DNA from: Camelus ferus
Taxonomy: Eukaryota
Assembly (NCBI RefSeq): GCF_009834535.1
Contig: NC_045707.1
Coordinates: forward strand, 51,648,001-51,712,000
DNA length: 64,000 bases
Reading direction: 5' to 3'
A program made the position numbers and the translations under genes. A model generated the notes under the pieces. It saw only the letters and a list, made by a program, of their open reading frames with translations, did not search any database and was not told the DNA's origin. Of this stretch, positions 39,142 through 51,586 are shown in pieces (position 1 is the first letter of the stretch; every line of letters begins with the position of its first letter).

Positions 39142-39225
39142 TGATATTGCTGCTTCTTCAGAAGAGTATCGTGTCTTTGTGCCTGGTAGATCAGTTTGAA
39201 GTATTTCACTATGGTTTTTTTAAAT
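39142..39225 (-). other. Candidate spliced exon (84 bp), gene unidentified
   Basis: Acceptor ttattttttcttcag|, donor TCA|gtgagc; one open frame FKKTIVKYFKLIYQAQRHDTLLKKQQY; adjacent to a unique block. Confidence 0.3.
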
Positions 39226-39980
39226 CTGAAGAAAAAATAATCCTTTTTTATGATCTCCTCAAATATACTTTTCTTCCTTGCTAAAAGTCCATAGAATACA
39301 GGCAATAGAATTGAAGCACAACAAGTTGAGAAATTACATTGAAGTTGCACTATCATATATTGCTGTTTTGACAGAAATAAGGATTTGCCTGAATCTAAAG
39401 ATTTCTTAGTTTTATTTTTGCTTTTTCACTTTTGATTTTTGTACCACTTCTACAATTTTATGTAGATATATGTATATTTATTTACGTATATTAATGATAC
39501 TGATATTTAAAATATTTCTATTGAGTCCTTTTTAAAAATTTCACTAGTTTTTCTTGTCATTTGATTTTTAAAATGAAATTTAAAAAATTTTATTAGGCAG
39601 AACAGTGTATAATTATACATAGTTATCAATTATGTAATTATATATAATTCTCTATTTTAATATAAAAGTTAATATATTATGTGATCACATTGTTCTTCAT
39701 TTTTGTTTAAATTTCATACAATGTGAATTACATACATATGTCTAATTCTACTGTGTACCTTAAAAATAAATAAATGCCTTTCAGTGTTTCTAAACATATC
39801 ATTATTATTAGTCACTTACTCTTGTTTCTTACAAATCATATGCAATTACTTTTAACTATTAGCCATAATTCTTTTAAAAAAAATGAAAGTTAAGTATTTA
39901 AATGAATGAAAAGAAATACTGAAATAGTATGAAATTGAAGACCTACTAAAGCCAATGGTAATGCCAGGTTGTACAACCAC

Positions 39981-40451
39981 CATATTAGTGTCTAATTGCT
40001 GCTATAACAAATTACCACAAACTTAGTGACTTAAAGCTGCACAAGTTTGTCTTAAAGCTCTAGGGGTTAGGAGTTCTAAATGAGTCAAATGGGGACAAAT
40101 TGCAAACTGCATTCCTTCCGGAAGCTGAAAGGAGAAATCCCTTTTCTTACCTTTTCCAGTTTTCAGAGATCGCCTGTTCCTTGGCCCTTGGCCATCTTCC
40201 AGCAATTGTATCATTCCAACCTCTGCTTCTGTTGTCACATCTCCTTCAGTGACTCTAACCCTTCTGCCTTCCTCTTTTAAGAACCCATGTGATTACATTG
40301 GGCCCACCTAAGAATCCAATGTAATCTCTCCATCTCAAGATCTTTTAATTTAATCACATCTGCACAGCCTCCTTTATACCATGACATATACCCACAGGTT
40401 ATGTGGATTAGCCCTGGACATCTTTGAAAGTGCATTACTCTCTCTAAGACA
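39981..40451 (-). mobile_element. MaLR solo LTR (MLT1C/D-like)
   Basis: tattag..attgctgctataacaaattaccacaaacttagtgacttaaa; gtgattacattgggcccacc; atctcaagatc..taatttaatcacatctgca. Confidence 0.9.
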
Positions 40452-40471
40452 GTAACTAAAAGACTTGCTTA

Positions 40472-41130
40472 TGTTGCTGTTGGATGTAACCAGTGTCTGG
40501 GTTCTTGGACCGTCCCAGAAAGAATTCAGAAACAAGATGCAGAGGTTAAGAGAGTAAAGTGAGGACTTATTAAGGGATAGATAGTACACTGTCAAAGGGG
40601 AGAGCGGGCAGGCGCAGGTGAGCAGCTGCCCTGAGCTTCTTTGGCAGGTTGGTTACACAGAGTGTAAAAATGGATGGGTCGAATATTCACTGGGGAAGGA
40701 AGGGTTTGGGGTTGTATTCCCTGATTTTCACCCCAACTCCACATTCCCGAAGGGAGGAGGGATTTTTGTCCTTATATAGTCTGGATTGGAAGTGTCATGG
40801 CATCTGTGCATGCTGGGTACTTCTAATCTGCAAAGCTAATTTTATTGAAATGAGGGCATAATGAGCAAAAGGTAACATTTGGACTCTGGAGATTCCTGCC
40901 TTTTCCCACCATTCTTTTATCAGCCTCCAGGCTGCTCATCGCTCCAGAAGTTGTGACCACTTATCATCCCAGAGGTTCCTGCTTTTCTTTCTCTGCCCAG
41001 GGACTCCTGGTGTTTATATGATGTGTGGTTCCCTGCATTGGGCCTGTGTCTCTCCTTTCTGCCCAGTTTCTGCCATTTGGCCTGTGTACCCCTTTCTCTG
41101 CTCATGTCTAGCTACCTGTCTGCTCTAACA
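40472..41130 (-). mobile_element. Intact ERV1-class solo LTR (659 bp)
   Basis: tgtt...aaca termini; perfect 4-bp TSD ctta (40468-40471, 41131-41134); minus strand starts tgttagagcagacaggtagctagacatgagcag; TATA-like ctatataagg near 40770-40779. Confidence 0.9.
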
Positions 41131-43254
41131 CTTACAGTGACTAATCAGCTTGCAGGACTCATATTTTGCAAAACTAATTTCAGAGTCTGGCTGTTGACCT
41201 TACTGTATCTTTTTAACGAAATTTGGGCTCCTTACCTCTAGTCTTGTATTAATTCTGTTTGTTCTTGGCATCTTATATTTTGAGGTCACCATGGCTAAGC
41301 TTGCAGAAAGAGAAAGACACTGTCACCAAACAGTGAATCTGCACATAAACGTCACAATATAAATATGAAGGCATAGTTCTAAGTCTACTCAATGTTATAG
41401 GCCAAAGAGACTCCAGAGGAGAGAAGAGAAGCCACGTGGTCATCAGCTTATTCATTGTGCTCCAATCTCCAATAGTGTGAATTTTGGCCCCCTAATTACT
41501 AGTCTCATTCAGAAATCCAAACATCTCTAACAGATTCCTATAACTAAACTGCCTTCACTGGCACAATTTGGAAGAGTTAGTCATGAGTCTTTGCTGGCCC
41601 TGAGGATCATGTTTACACATCATTACTTTAGTCCCAGAATATGCCAGGGCTGCCTACAGATGCTGCTGCGTGTGACCTCTCGTCAGAGAGAGAGGCTCAC
41701 CACTGATGAAGGTGAAGGACAAATGGCAAGAGCTTTTGACAGTCCATGTCCAAGGTACATTCTGAATGACAAGTGTAACGCCTACTTCTTTCAGTTATTT
41801 TTACTTTTTCAAAAAGTCTACAGTTGCCCTGCAAAGCTGCAAAGAGATGAGAGCTCAAATCTTATAAATATATGAAGTTCATAGGTCTTCTCCTGGAATA
41901 ACTGGAAATGGTCATTTAATTTACTGTTTCATGGAGTGTGTCCACAGGAAGCTACAAGCTAAGGATCACTGAAGTCTGCGATGTGGGGAAGGGGAATTGT
42001 TATTTTTAAAAAGGTGCAAAATACTTTTGCAAATTTTACAAAAGTATGTAATTATGTTAAATATTGATAGAGCCTTTCTCAGAAGGAGTCTATAGAAATG
42101 AGGGGCTGAGAAGCTTACGTCCCATTAGTTTGACAATCGATTTGCCCCTGGATATTCAGTTCTCATTTACATAAAGTTAGATCCTTGCTAAATTAATAGC
42201 TCTTTAACAGCACCTTCTATTATCTTCCTCATCTTTATTTTTTCTAGAGACTCCATCCATTACACCAGCGTTGCTCCATTGCCTGAGGGTGCTATTCTTT
42301 CATTTTGTTACCAGCAGCAAAAGCAGATTCCTTGCTGCTCTTATCCCCCAAAATGCACGCCACAGTAATCATCAGCGCTCACTCAGAGAAATAAGCAAAA
42401 GGGTGATTTCCTTAAGCACTAAGATAACCAGTGTTCACTGACACAAGCTATTAGCCTCCCCTCCATAGCAAATACCTACAAGATATAATTTCATGCTGAC
42501 ATCAAAGGCACAGTTACTGACTGGGAGGCCTTTCAGTGTCTGAGTTTCTGAAATGATTGATTATTCGCCTCTTTACCATCTTGTTCAAGAATTGGCCATA
42601 AATGAAGATCACATAAGGATCAATGCACCTTAATGTGATATGTTTTGAAGCAACCAATTTAGTATATGCTTAATTATATAGATGAACAAACTATTATATC
42701 ACTACACTTTTCAAATTGCTGTCCTGTATGTTTTCATACGTACTCCTACTGATAAAACGTCTAGAAATTTGGGATAAAATTCAACAAGTACAGTTGTGCT
42801 TGTGAGATAACAGAAGAAATTCTTAAGAGCAAAAACAACAACAACAAACAAACAAACGAGAAAACAGGGTTCCCTTTTTAACTGGATGAGTTCTTAGGTT
42901 TAAAAAGGGCTGAGAGAAGTTTACAATGAAAAGCAGCTAGGAAAGGAGTTGTGAGTTTTAAGAACAGATAAACTTTTTTCCGTGAATCTATAATTTAAGA
43001 AAAAGATTTCTGGTCTCCTTTAGGCCTTAATTTCCTCTCTTTTATCCTCCTATTTTATAATCCTGAAGGTCTTTAAATGTAGTAATGTTTATTATCACTC
43101 CTTGATTGCCGTTCTGTGATTACTTTGTGGAAGTAGAAACCTCATTCCATTTAAAAGGCAATGGGGGCTAGAGGAAGGTATCTATGTTAAGTAAGAAAGG
43201 AAAAGAAAAACCTACTTCCTTCCCAGTTCTCCATTCAGTGCTTCAGAACTGTGC

Positions 43255-43480
43255 TGAAGCAAACAGCAGTGATAATAAAATCTAGTGCTTCTGATGTGTG
43301 GGGACATCAAATTAGGAAATGGAGGTATCATTCAATTCTTAATACCAATGTTTGATTATCTGAAAAGTGGAAATGAAAATACTTGCATTACCTAGCTCAT
43401 AAAATTGTTTTTAAGTTTTATGCATCAAGGCAGAAAAATGTATGGGCGCTGAAAACTTTAACGGGCTATACAATGTCATA
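43255..43480 (+). mobile_element. MIR-like fragment
   Basis: tatctgaaaagtggaaatgaaaatacttgcattacctagctcataaaattgtt. Confidence 0.5.
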
Positions 43481-45559
43481 GTTGTAACTCTGCCAACATT
43501 TCCCTAATTCTGACATGCTACCCTGAAAGTTTTGTGGCTTTTGTCCATGATATCACAGGTCTACCCTGTGCAAGACAAAAAGATACACCATTTTAGAAGA
43601 ATATTTTTAATATGCTGTTGGACTCATATTTTTCATCTTGGAAAACACATTTTCATCTAAAAATGCTTTTATTGAAAATAATGTTTTATCTTTTCTTAGT
43701 GATCATTCAAACTGAGTGTCTAAAAAATTCATCAGAGACCAGTTTTAAATGCTTGTCCTGCAGGTAATTCCATTTCTGGGTGAGATTTAAACACGTATCT
43801 ATTTAACAATTATTCTGTCTGATTCTGATAGATATGGTCTGTGGGCAGGCTTTGAGTAACACTCTGAGTGGGACAAAGCATCTTAGTTAAGATTTAATTT
43901 TCCAATAGAAGCATGTAGGTGTGGGTTAGTGATGGCTGTGTCATCTTCTGCCAAGTGCACAGACCGTTTGTGTTCTTATGTGTTTCCAAAAAGTGCATGC
44001 AGAAGAGAGTAAAACTTTGTCCATTAGAAGAACTTGATAGAAAACAAGAATCATGAAAGGGAGAGAAAAAAAGAACAACAAAAGTCAAAGCATATTAATT
44101 GCATAATGGCCCTTGGGGGACAGGGGTTATATAGGCTGTTCTGAATGTTACAAGATAACATTCTGAACATTAACAACCATATACGAACTCATTTCATAGT
44201 ATATTTCTGAAAGAAAATATATATTAGTAATAAAATGTTCATGTTGATTACAAAACACAAAACTCCTTTCTATTTATATGATTCTATTTTATAAAAATTT
44301 AGCACCTGGGACTCTGGGATACCTGGATTACAGCCCTGTCTCACAAATGAGCTAGGGTGAAGTACAGAGTCGTGTAAAGGAGAAATCTAACTATCCTTGA
44401 GGTCACTAGTGACAACTCTAGAATCTCTCGGAAAATCAATGTGCCCGCAATAGGATGAGTAAAGAAGGTCTTTGTTATTTCATTAACTGTAGTTGGTATA
44501 ATCTTATAGTTAGCAACAACTGATTTTTTTAACTTGGATAAAATTATGCTAATACTTATTTCTATAAGTGTTGTAAGAGTGGTATGCAATCAGATGTAAG
44601 TGTATAAATCACCTTATATGAGTAAGCCACTGTACAATTTTAACATTTTTAATCCTTTATTATCATATGGGGGTAAAGTAAGCACATCTAAGAATAAAAT
44701 AAAATGTGAATATTTTGTTTTATATGTTTTTTTCCTCCATACAATTTAGTTACTTCAGGTCATAAAAGGTTAGGTTGTGTGATTGTAAATAATTTATTTT
44801 GTTTCAAATATCTTCTATAAATTGGATATTAGCAGTTTACTAAATTAAAATTATTTGCGTGGTTTCATGTAATTGTAAATTGTTTACAACGAATTTGGGA
44901 TGATAAATGGTAAGAAAAGATTAGCAGTCGCTTTGTAACCCATCCTGCCTATCCAGGGGGCACCAGGAATAAAAGAAGAAAGAAATGGTTAGCAAATGTT
45001 CAATCTTCTTGTTAATATACCAGTTAAACCCAGTAATATTGACCAGTAGAAATATAATAGAAATTCATGATCTGTGGAATGATTTAAGTAAGGTACTTCT
45101 GGTTAGTCAAGGCTTGTAGATGGTAGACAAACTTAAACTTTGAGCATTTATGGGGCATGATTCACTGAGAGTTAGTGTCAGCTAATGTAGTGAATGTATT
45201 CTGTAATTTAAATAGCTTTCCTTGTGGAAGTGATTCCCTGCTTACATTGCTTAGAGATTTCATCTGTCAAGCTGGACCAGGATGTGTCCAGTATGACAAG
45301 AGAGAAAGTGGAGAGGTGCACTGGTGATCTCAGAGTTCTTTATGCTGTGTCGGCTAATCTGTGGGTGTTAACTAGGTCTTGGTTTATTCTGTATTAAATT
45401 CTCTATTTTACCTGATGCTATATTTTCTTGTTCTCCTGAATATTTTCAACTCTATCCAACTATTTCACCATGAAGGAAAAAGGGGTATCTAATATGAAAT
45501 ACATTGGCTTTTCTCACCCTATGAATATGTGTATTAATGTTTCATTCTTTCTCATCTGA

Positions 45560-46050
45560 GCACAGTATTTATTCATTTAGTCAGCTAAAAAAATTTGAGT
45601 CAGTTATCGTATTGGGAGTCAGAGTTACGATGGCAAAGAATACAGATTCTTTGCCTGACAGCATGGGATGATAGTCTAGTAAGCAAGACGTGTTAATGTA
45701 ATACAATAATTTATAAGTTATCTACAATTTGCTACTCTCTAACCTAATATAGGGAGTTAGGAGCATTTTCCTTAATGAGGTGTCATCCAAAACAAGATCT
45801 GAATATTAGACAAAGAGGAAAGGAAGATGAAAAAGATGGCTACAGGCAGAGAGAACAGCACAGATGAAGACCCTGAGGACATGTAAGAGCTGAAGGAGGG
45901 GCGTGTGGCTGAAGCATAGGGCCTGGCATAGTGATGAGGTGGAGGGCTAGGCTGGAGCCAGGTAATGGAAGGATGTAGGCCATCTTCAAGGACTGTGGCC
46001 TTTCACTTAAGACAGACAGAACACCATGGAAGGGCATTTGCAGTTTTTAG
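45560..46050 (-). mobile_element. L2 fragment (further L2 pieces at about 46380-46900)
   Basis: ttattcatttagtcagc; gcattttccttaatgaggtgtcat; caggcagagagaacagca; gtaggccatcttcaaggactgtggcctttcac. Confidence 0.65.
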
Positions 46051-48096
46051 ATGAAACATCACCATCTTTTTCTCCAGATTCAGAACTTTACCTGTGTTTT
46101 TGTTTCCCTCCTACTCCATTCAGGATCAATCATCTCCTCTTGCACTTTTATCTCCAAATTCTGCTTGCCTGCCATCAACTTCCCCTCCCAAATATTCCCA
46201 GGCATACCTAGACTGTAGAATTGTTTTCCTTCACTGTGTATTAGAGTTTTTACAAACCATTTGCTGAGTACCATGTATTGTATCAGGTGTCAGACATATT
46301 GCCTGAAGTGTCCTCTGTGATTAAAGCTTCAGTCTATTTGTAATGAGCTTCTCACTCCACAGGATTATCAAGATCCAGCAATATGATTCTTCTTTTAGTC
46401 AGTATTTATTGGGTAACCACTGGGTGTGAAATGGGAAATATGGATGAGGTGAAAAACAGACAAGGTCAGTGCCCCTCAAAAACCTGAGAGATAATGGCGG
46501 TTCAGGTAGAGGAGAGGGAATACAGATAAGAAAACAAGTAAATAAATATATGCTAATTGCATACTGTAATATCTCCTGTAATAGTAGTTTTTAACTGTAA
46601 AGTAGTTTAAATTTGTTCATTGGTTTATTCATTAATTCGGTAAATGTCTGTATGGCATCGGTGCTGCTAGTTCACTATATTCACTAGGAAGCATCAGTGA
46701 GAGAGCGTCCTGTTCTTAAAGAGCTCACGTTCTCAGGGGGGCAAATACATACTGGTAAGTTGCTCTACAGTGAGGCAGGTGGTAGAACAGAGGTGGGAGA
46801 GAACCACCAGAGGAGAGACTCAATATACTTAAGGCAGTCGAGGCAAAATTTCACAGAGTGGGTAAATCTAGGAAACTGAATTTTAAAATTAAAATGGGTT
46901 AAGGGCTACTAAAGATGGGCTGCAGTCTTTAATAGCTGAAAGATTAGCATGAATCCATGGGTAAATGAGGAACACTTCAGCATGTGATCCAGCGAGACTG
47001 GTTCAGAGGCTGGGACAAAGAACATACGAGTGGAAGGGAGACAGAGAGCTAGTGGACACAAGAGAAATACTTATGACCTCACCTAGCCCTCTATTCCAAA
47101 TTAATGTTATTTATTATTAACTTTTATCAGGATTAAGGCATCAGCCTTAAATCAACTAGATTATTAAATTAGCTAGATAAATTTATAGTATAATTAACTA
47201 TCCCATTACCTTTCACAATGAAATCAAGCCTACAGTTCAACAACTAATTAAATAGGAGTAGTCTTTTCAGGGGAGACATAGCCACATTCTTCTTTATCCT
47301 TGAAGTTAATGAAACTTTCCATTCAACAAGATGCATTTCATCACCAAACTCAAATCCCCAGTGGGCAGTGAAATATTAGTATTTGAATATTTATGATGAT
47401 GCTGAAGTATAGTCAGTGATTGTGTTTTCCGTGATAAAAGTAACAGTAAGAACAACCATTTCTTATGTACTAGAAGTCTGCTGCCTACTACCAGGACCCT
47501 TAGGGGAAAAATTCCATTAAAGCACATCAAATTAATAAACGTGCGTCTAGCCACGCCATTGGCATTCATCATTCTAAAATTATAATATCATTCACTTTAT
47601 AAGATAGAAATGCAGTTATTGTTATAGATCATCATCATAAGATCGATGTTGTGAGCTTCAAAAATCTGTGTCTCTTTCGGCTTCAAATTAATCTGCTACA
47701 GATTACTTCAGTGTATTAGTATGAAAATATGTCCATGAATATTCATTAATAAGCATCAACTTCTCAATTTAGACAGTTAGCTTTTTAGTATAGTTTCTTT
47801 CATTGTACTTGGCCACTCTCTGTATTACCTTGCATTTACACAGCAGCTTGCCTCTAAGGAATCTAAAGTACTGTGGTTTAATTGTCCAAAAGAAATGGTG
47901 TCAGGGTAGAGGAAAGGGAGGTAGAAAAATGTGTTTCCTGATTGTCTTGGGGAATTGGGAGATACTTAATTTTAATTCTGGCTATAAGCCCAGACAGTGA
48001 GGCTGAGCCTACACAAGTGAGGTTGTATTTGAGATTTCTAAATTTTGCCTGTACATGGAGTCCTGTTTCAAGAAATTCACATTATTCTATCTAAGC

Positions 48097-48324
48097 CAGT
48101 GGTTCTCAACCTGGGGCAACGCTTCTGTTCTCTCCATTCACCCCACTGTGGGGAAATTTTGGCAATGTCCAGAGATATTGCAGGGTTAGGGAGGAAATGT
48201 GCTACTGGTATCTTGTGGATAGAGGCCAAGGATGCTGCTAAAAATCCTGCAATGCAAAGAACAGCCCCCTAACAAAAGAATTATGAGACCCAAAATGTCA
48301 GTAGTGCTGAGATTAGAAACCTAG
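48097..48324. mobile_element. MER20 hAT element
   Basis: cagtggttctcaacctgggg; ttggcaatgtccagagat; tgctactggtatc..gtggatagaggccaaggatgctgctaaa; aaagaattat..gacccaaaatgtcagtagtgctgag. Confidence 0.92.
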
Positions 48325-49029
48325 TGCATATACACTCGATTTCTTTGATATTTACTTAAAGAATCTAACACCAAATAATAGTGGCAGGTGCTGAGTGTAA
48401 GTCTGATTTTAGTGAAATATTATTTGTAGCAGGGAGAATTTGCAGACATGGTGTGACTTACACCCTTAAGTCATCTAGAAAATAAAGTCAGTCTGGACCC
48501 TAGATTTCTGCCATGCCTCTAAGGTAATAAAGGAACGCTTTTCTAGTTCTCATTTTATCTGAAGTGTCTGAAACCCTCCCTACCTTTTTCTGGAGTCAGG
48601 CTTAGTTTCTAACTGATGTTCCCGGTGTTGACCCATACAAATACTAGGAGGGCCTCTCCTTTCCAGTGAAGTAGGTTGACTCCAATTATTTTCACTTTTC
48701 CCCGCAGATAAATCCAGCGCCTTCCTTAAAATGTCCAAAAGTGAATTGCACTAAAACTAAAGTTTCTATTGGAAAGAATATTAGCCCAACATACACACAG
48801 AGTAATCATTCAACTATTGAACTTTCTGTTTAACTTTTACTTTGTCACTGTTAGCAGAATTTACTGATCAGCCAGTTGACGTGGCTAAGAACACCTTAAA
48901 TATTTTAGTACTCTAAATATAGCACAACAATACAATGTGATGCAACAGTTTCATAAAGCACAATTTACATTTTCACTCATGGCCTTATCTTGCTGAGGTA
49001 CCTTCCAGCTTCCTCAAAATTTCCCCACC

Positions 49030-49172
49030 CCTGGGGTTGGTGACATTTTATCACCATGATCACCAAAATGGGAAATTTTTCAGCGTGCTAAGGGGCACAT
49101 TAATAGTTCTTTGTCAAACAGGTGTAAATCAGAAGTGTTTCTGGCATACTGTGTCATTTGGTTATGCCAACT
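49030..49172. mobile_element. MER81-like hAT-Blackjack element
   Basis: caaaatgggaaatttttcagcgtgctaaggggcacattaatag...acaggtgtaaatc. Confidence 0.5.
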
Positions 49173-50101
49173 ACAGATATCTCAAGTCATTTACCACTGG
49201 CATCTTTGAGATAATGCTTGATGATATCAGTTTCCTAAACTATGCTGGCCCACGTGCTGAGAGCTGAAAACAATTTCTGTTTTCAGTGGATGCCATTGGA
49301 GAATATACCAGGTACTCACCTTTTCCAAACATTATCATGGTTTCCTTTCCCTCTGGGTAGCTATGGTATACTGGGCACTGCCAATGCCGTTACAGTCATC
49401 TGGAGTCCTCCTGAAGCCAAATTTTTACAATCAGGTGTTAAAACATGGAAATAAAATGTCTCCATTCCTATTATTATGACATTTGGATAGGGTGTATGTA
49501 TATAAAATAGTTTCTGCTTTTGTCTTATCACCTTTAGATTTTTTCATGCAGTATACCACATAAATGTATACTGTAAATGTAAGTTCATGGATGGCTAGGC
49601 TAATAGTTAATTCTGATTGACACATAATATGCTTTCCCCTGCAAATATAAGCTTTTCTTTAACTTATTAAGCTTATGGCCTATGACTCCTCCTCCTGGAA
49701 TGTTTCCCCTCCACCCCAAGAGTTTCTTTAATTCCATAAGCAAATAGGATTCCTATAGACTCATCCCACCAAACTGTGAACGTGTCCAGACTGGTTGATA
49801 TCCCAGAGGTTCATACAGTTTAGACTTAATCTAGGATTTATTACCATATTAAGGCCAAAAAAAAAAAAAAAAACCACTTCTGTATAATTTTAAAAGTAAA
49901 AGTAAAAATAAAGAAAACAGCTTGCAAGCAATTTCTAATCATCCATAGGCAAAACATCTGGTTCCCATTGTGGCCAATTTTAATTTTTTTTACATATTTA
50001 GTTCTTACACACATGCTATTCCAGTCATCTTGTCTTGTATTTTGATTTCTTTGAAGCATAAAATTAACACTATGTTTATTTGGTCATTTTGCGTATCCAT
50101 G

Positions 50102-50190
50102 TGTTATGAACTGAATTGTGTTGTCCTCAGATTCATATGTTGAAGTCCTCACCCCAGTGTGCCTATATTTGGAGATGAGACCTTTAAGGA
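50102..50190 (+). mobile_element. MLT1A/B 5' LTR fragment
   Basis: tgttatgaactgaattgtgt..cctcagattcatatgttgaagtcctcacccc..tatttggagat. Confidence 0.75.
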
Positions 50191-51124
50191 GAAAGGATAT
50201 AGCCTATTTTTCTATATCACAGCACAATATCATCATCAGGGGACTGTCAGTTATTTTTTAAGAGAAGGATATTTTCTTGAATGTCAGTGACTCTTTGCCA
50301 CACCATATCTGTCATCATTTTGCCATGACTTTAAAATACCAAGTTAACCTAATAACTGGAGTATAGCATGTTATTTCCCATAAGGATAGCATTATTTATC
50401 TGATACATTTATCTAAATTGACTTGTTCAATCAACCTTATGTGCACTTTGCAATGTTTAAGGATCTTAAAATGGTTTTAGACAATTAACATTTTGGAATG
50501 CTGTTGGTTTCTGTTAGAAATGTCTCAAATGACTTAATGATATCTGGCTTACTGCTTAAATTTCTACTTAAATATTCTTTGGTGTATATAGGTAGATCAG
50601 TGCTTAAAATCTAATGTATTCATCTAATTATTTCTTTTTAAAAGGAATACTCTGTTGGGAAGCTATGTAGCATGTGTATTAGATCTCCATTACCTTCCTC
50701 CAGGTAGAGCATTTCTCACTAATGAGTGAATTAAGCTTAAGCTTTTGGACTGTAGCACTGTATTGCTCTATGATAAGGCCAATTCATTTTTCTATGAGCA
50801 CAAAGAGGGAGTGAACTGCTGTAAAATTCTTACAGCAGAGAAAATGCCCTTTGCTATGCAGGTTGGGAAAGAGCAGAAGAAAGGAGAATGAAAAATAATC
50901 TCTCCTAGTGAGATGCCTAAAGCAAGTGATGAGGCTGTCCTGCTAATGAGCTCCTTAGAGGTGGCCAAACTAAAGCATATTAAAAATCAAGTCAGAAGCA
51001 AACCAATCTTAGGTCTTTGGCTAGAATTTCATTAAACCTTTCTGACAAGATGTGACAAATACGCCTCTGTTTGTAGCTGCATAGACTTCAACCTCCCCAA
51101 GCTTAGGTATCAGAAAGAATAATA

Positions 51125-51360
51125 GAGCAATGATAATAATAGCTACCACTAATAAGATGCCTTCTAGATGCCAGTACTGTACCAGGCATGTTTATGGCAT
51201 CATTACAGTAAATATTTTACCATCTCTAGGAAGTAGGGATAATAGTACTCCTACTTAAAAGATTTTTTTAAGAGACAAAAAGAGAATTTACTTGCTCTAA
51301 AGTAGACTTAGGTAGAAATGCTAAGGTTTGAACCCACATCTGTATCTGAAGTGCTTTCCA
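51125..51360 (-). mobile_element. MIR SINE
   Basis: aataatagctaccact...tgccagtactgtaccagg...ggtttgaacccacatctg. Confidence 0.6.
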
Positions 51361-51586
51361 ATTAATAGATTACTTTAATAGAGCTTCAATAAACATATAT
51401 TGAGGACCATTATAATTGGGGCTCCAGTTGTACTATTCTGAATAAAGACCTTGCTTTCCAAAAGCAACTCTGGAGCAAAACTTATTTCTCTAAAACTGGG
51501 AAAGTTATATTTTAAGGAGGAAGAAATTTTCTAGTCCTCCCAAAATTATGAGAAACCTGAGGAATTCTCTGTGTGAAAAAATTGTA

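Noticed and set aside
40744..40751. STAT GAS site in the ERV LTR (ttcccgaa)
   Set aside because: Spacing is TTC-N2-GAA rather than the canonical N3
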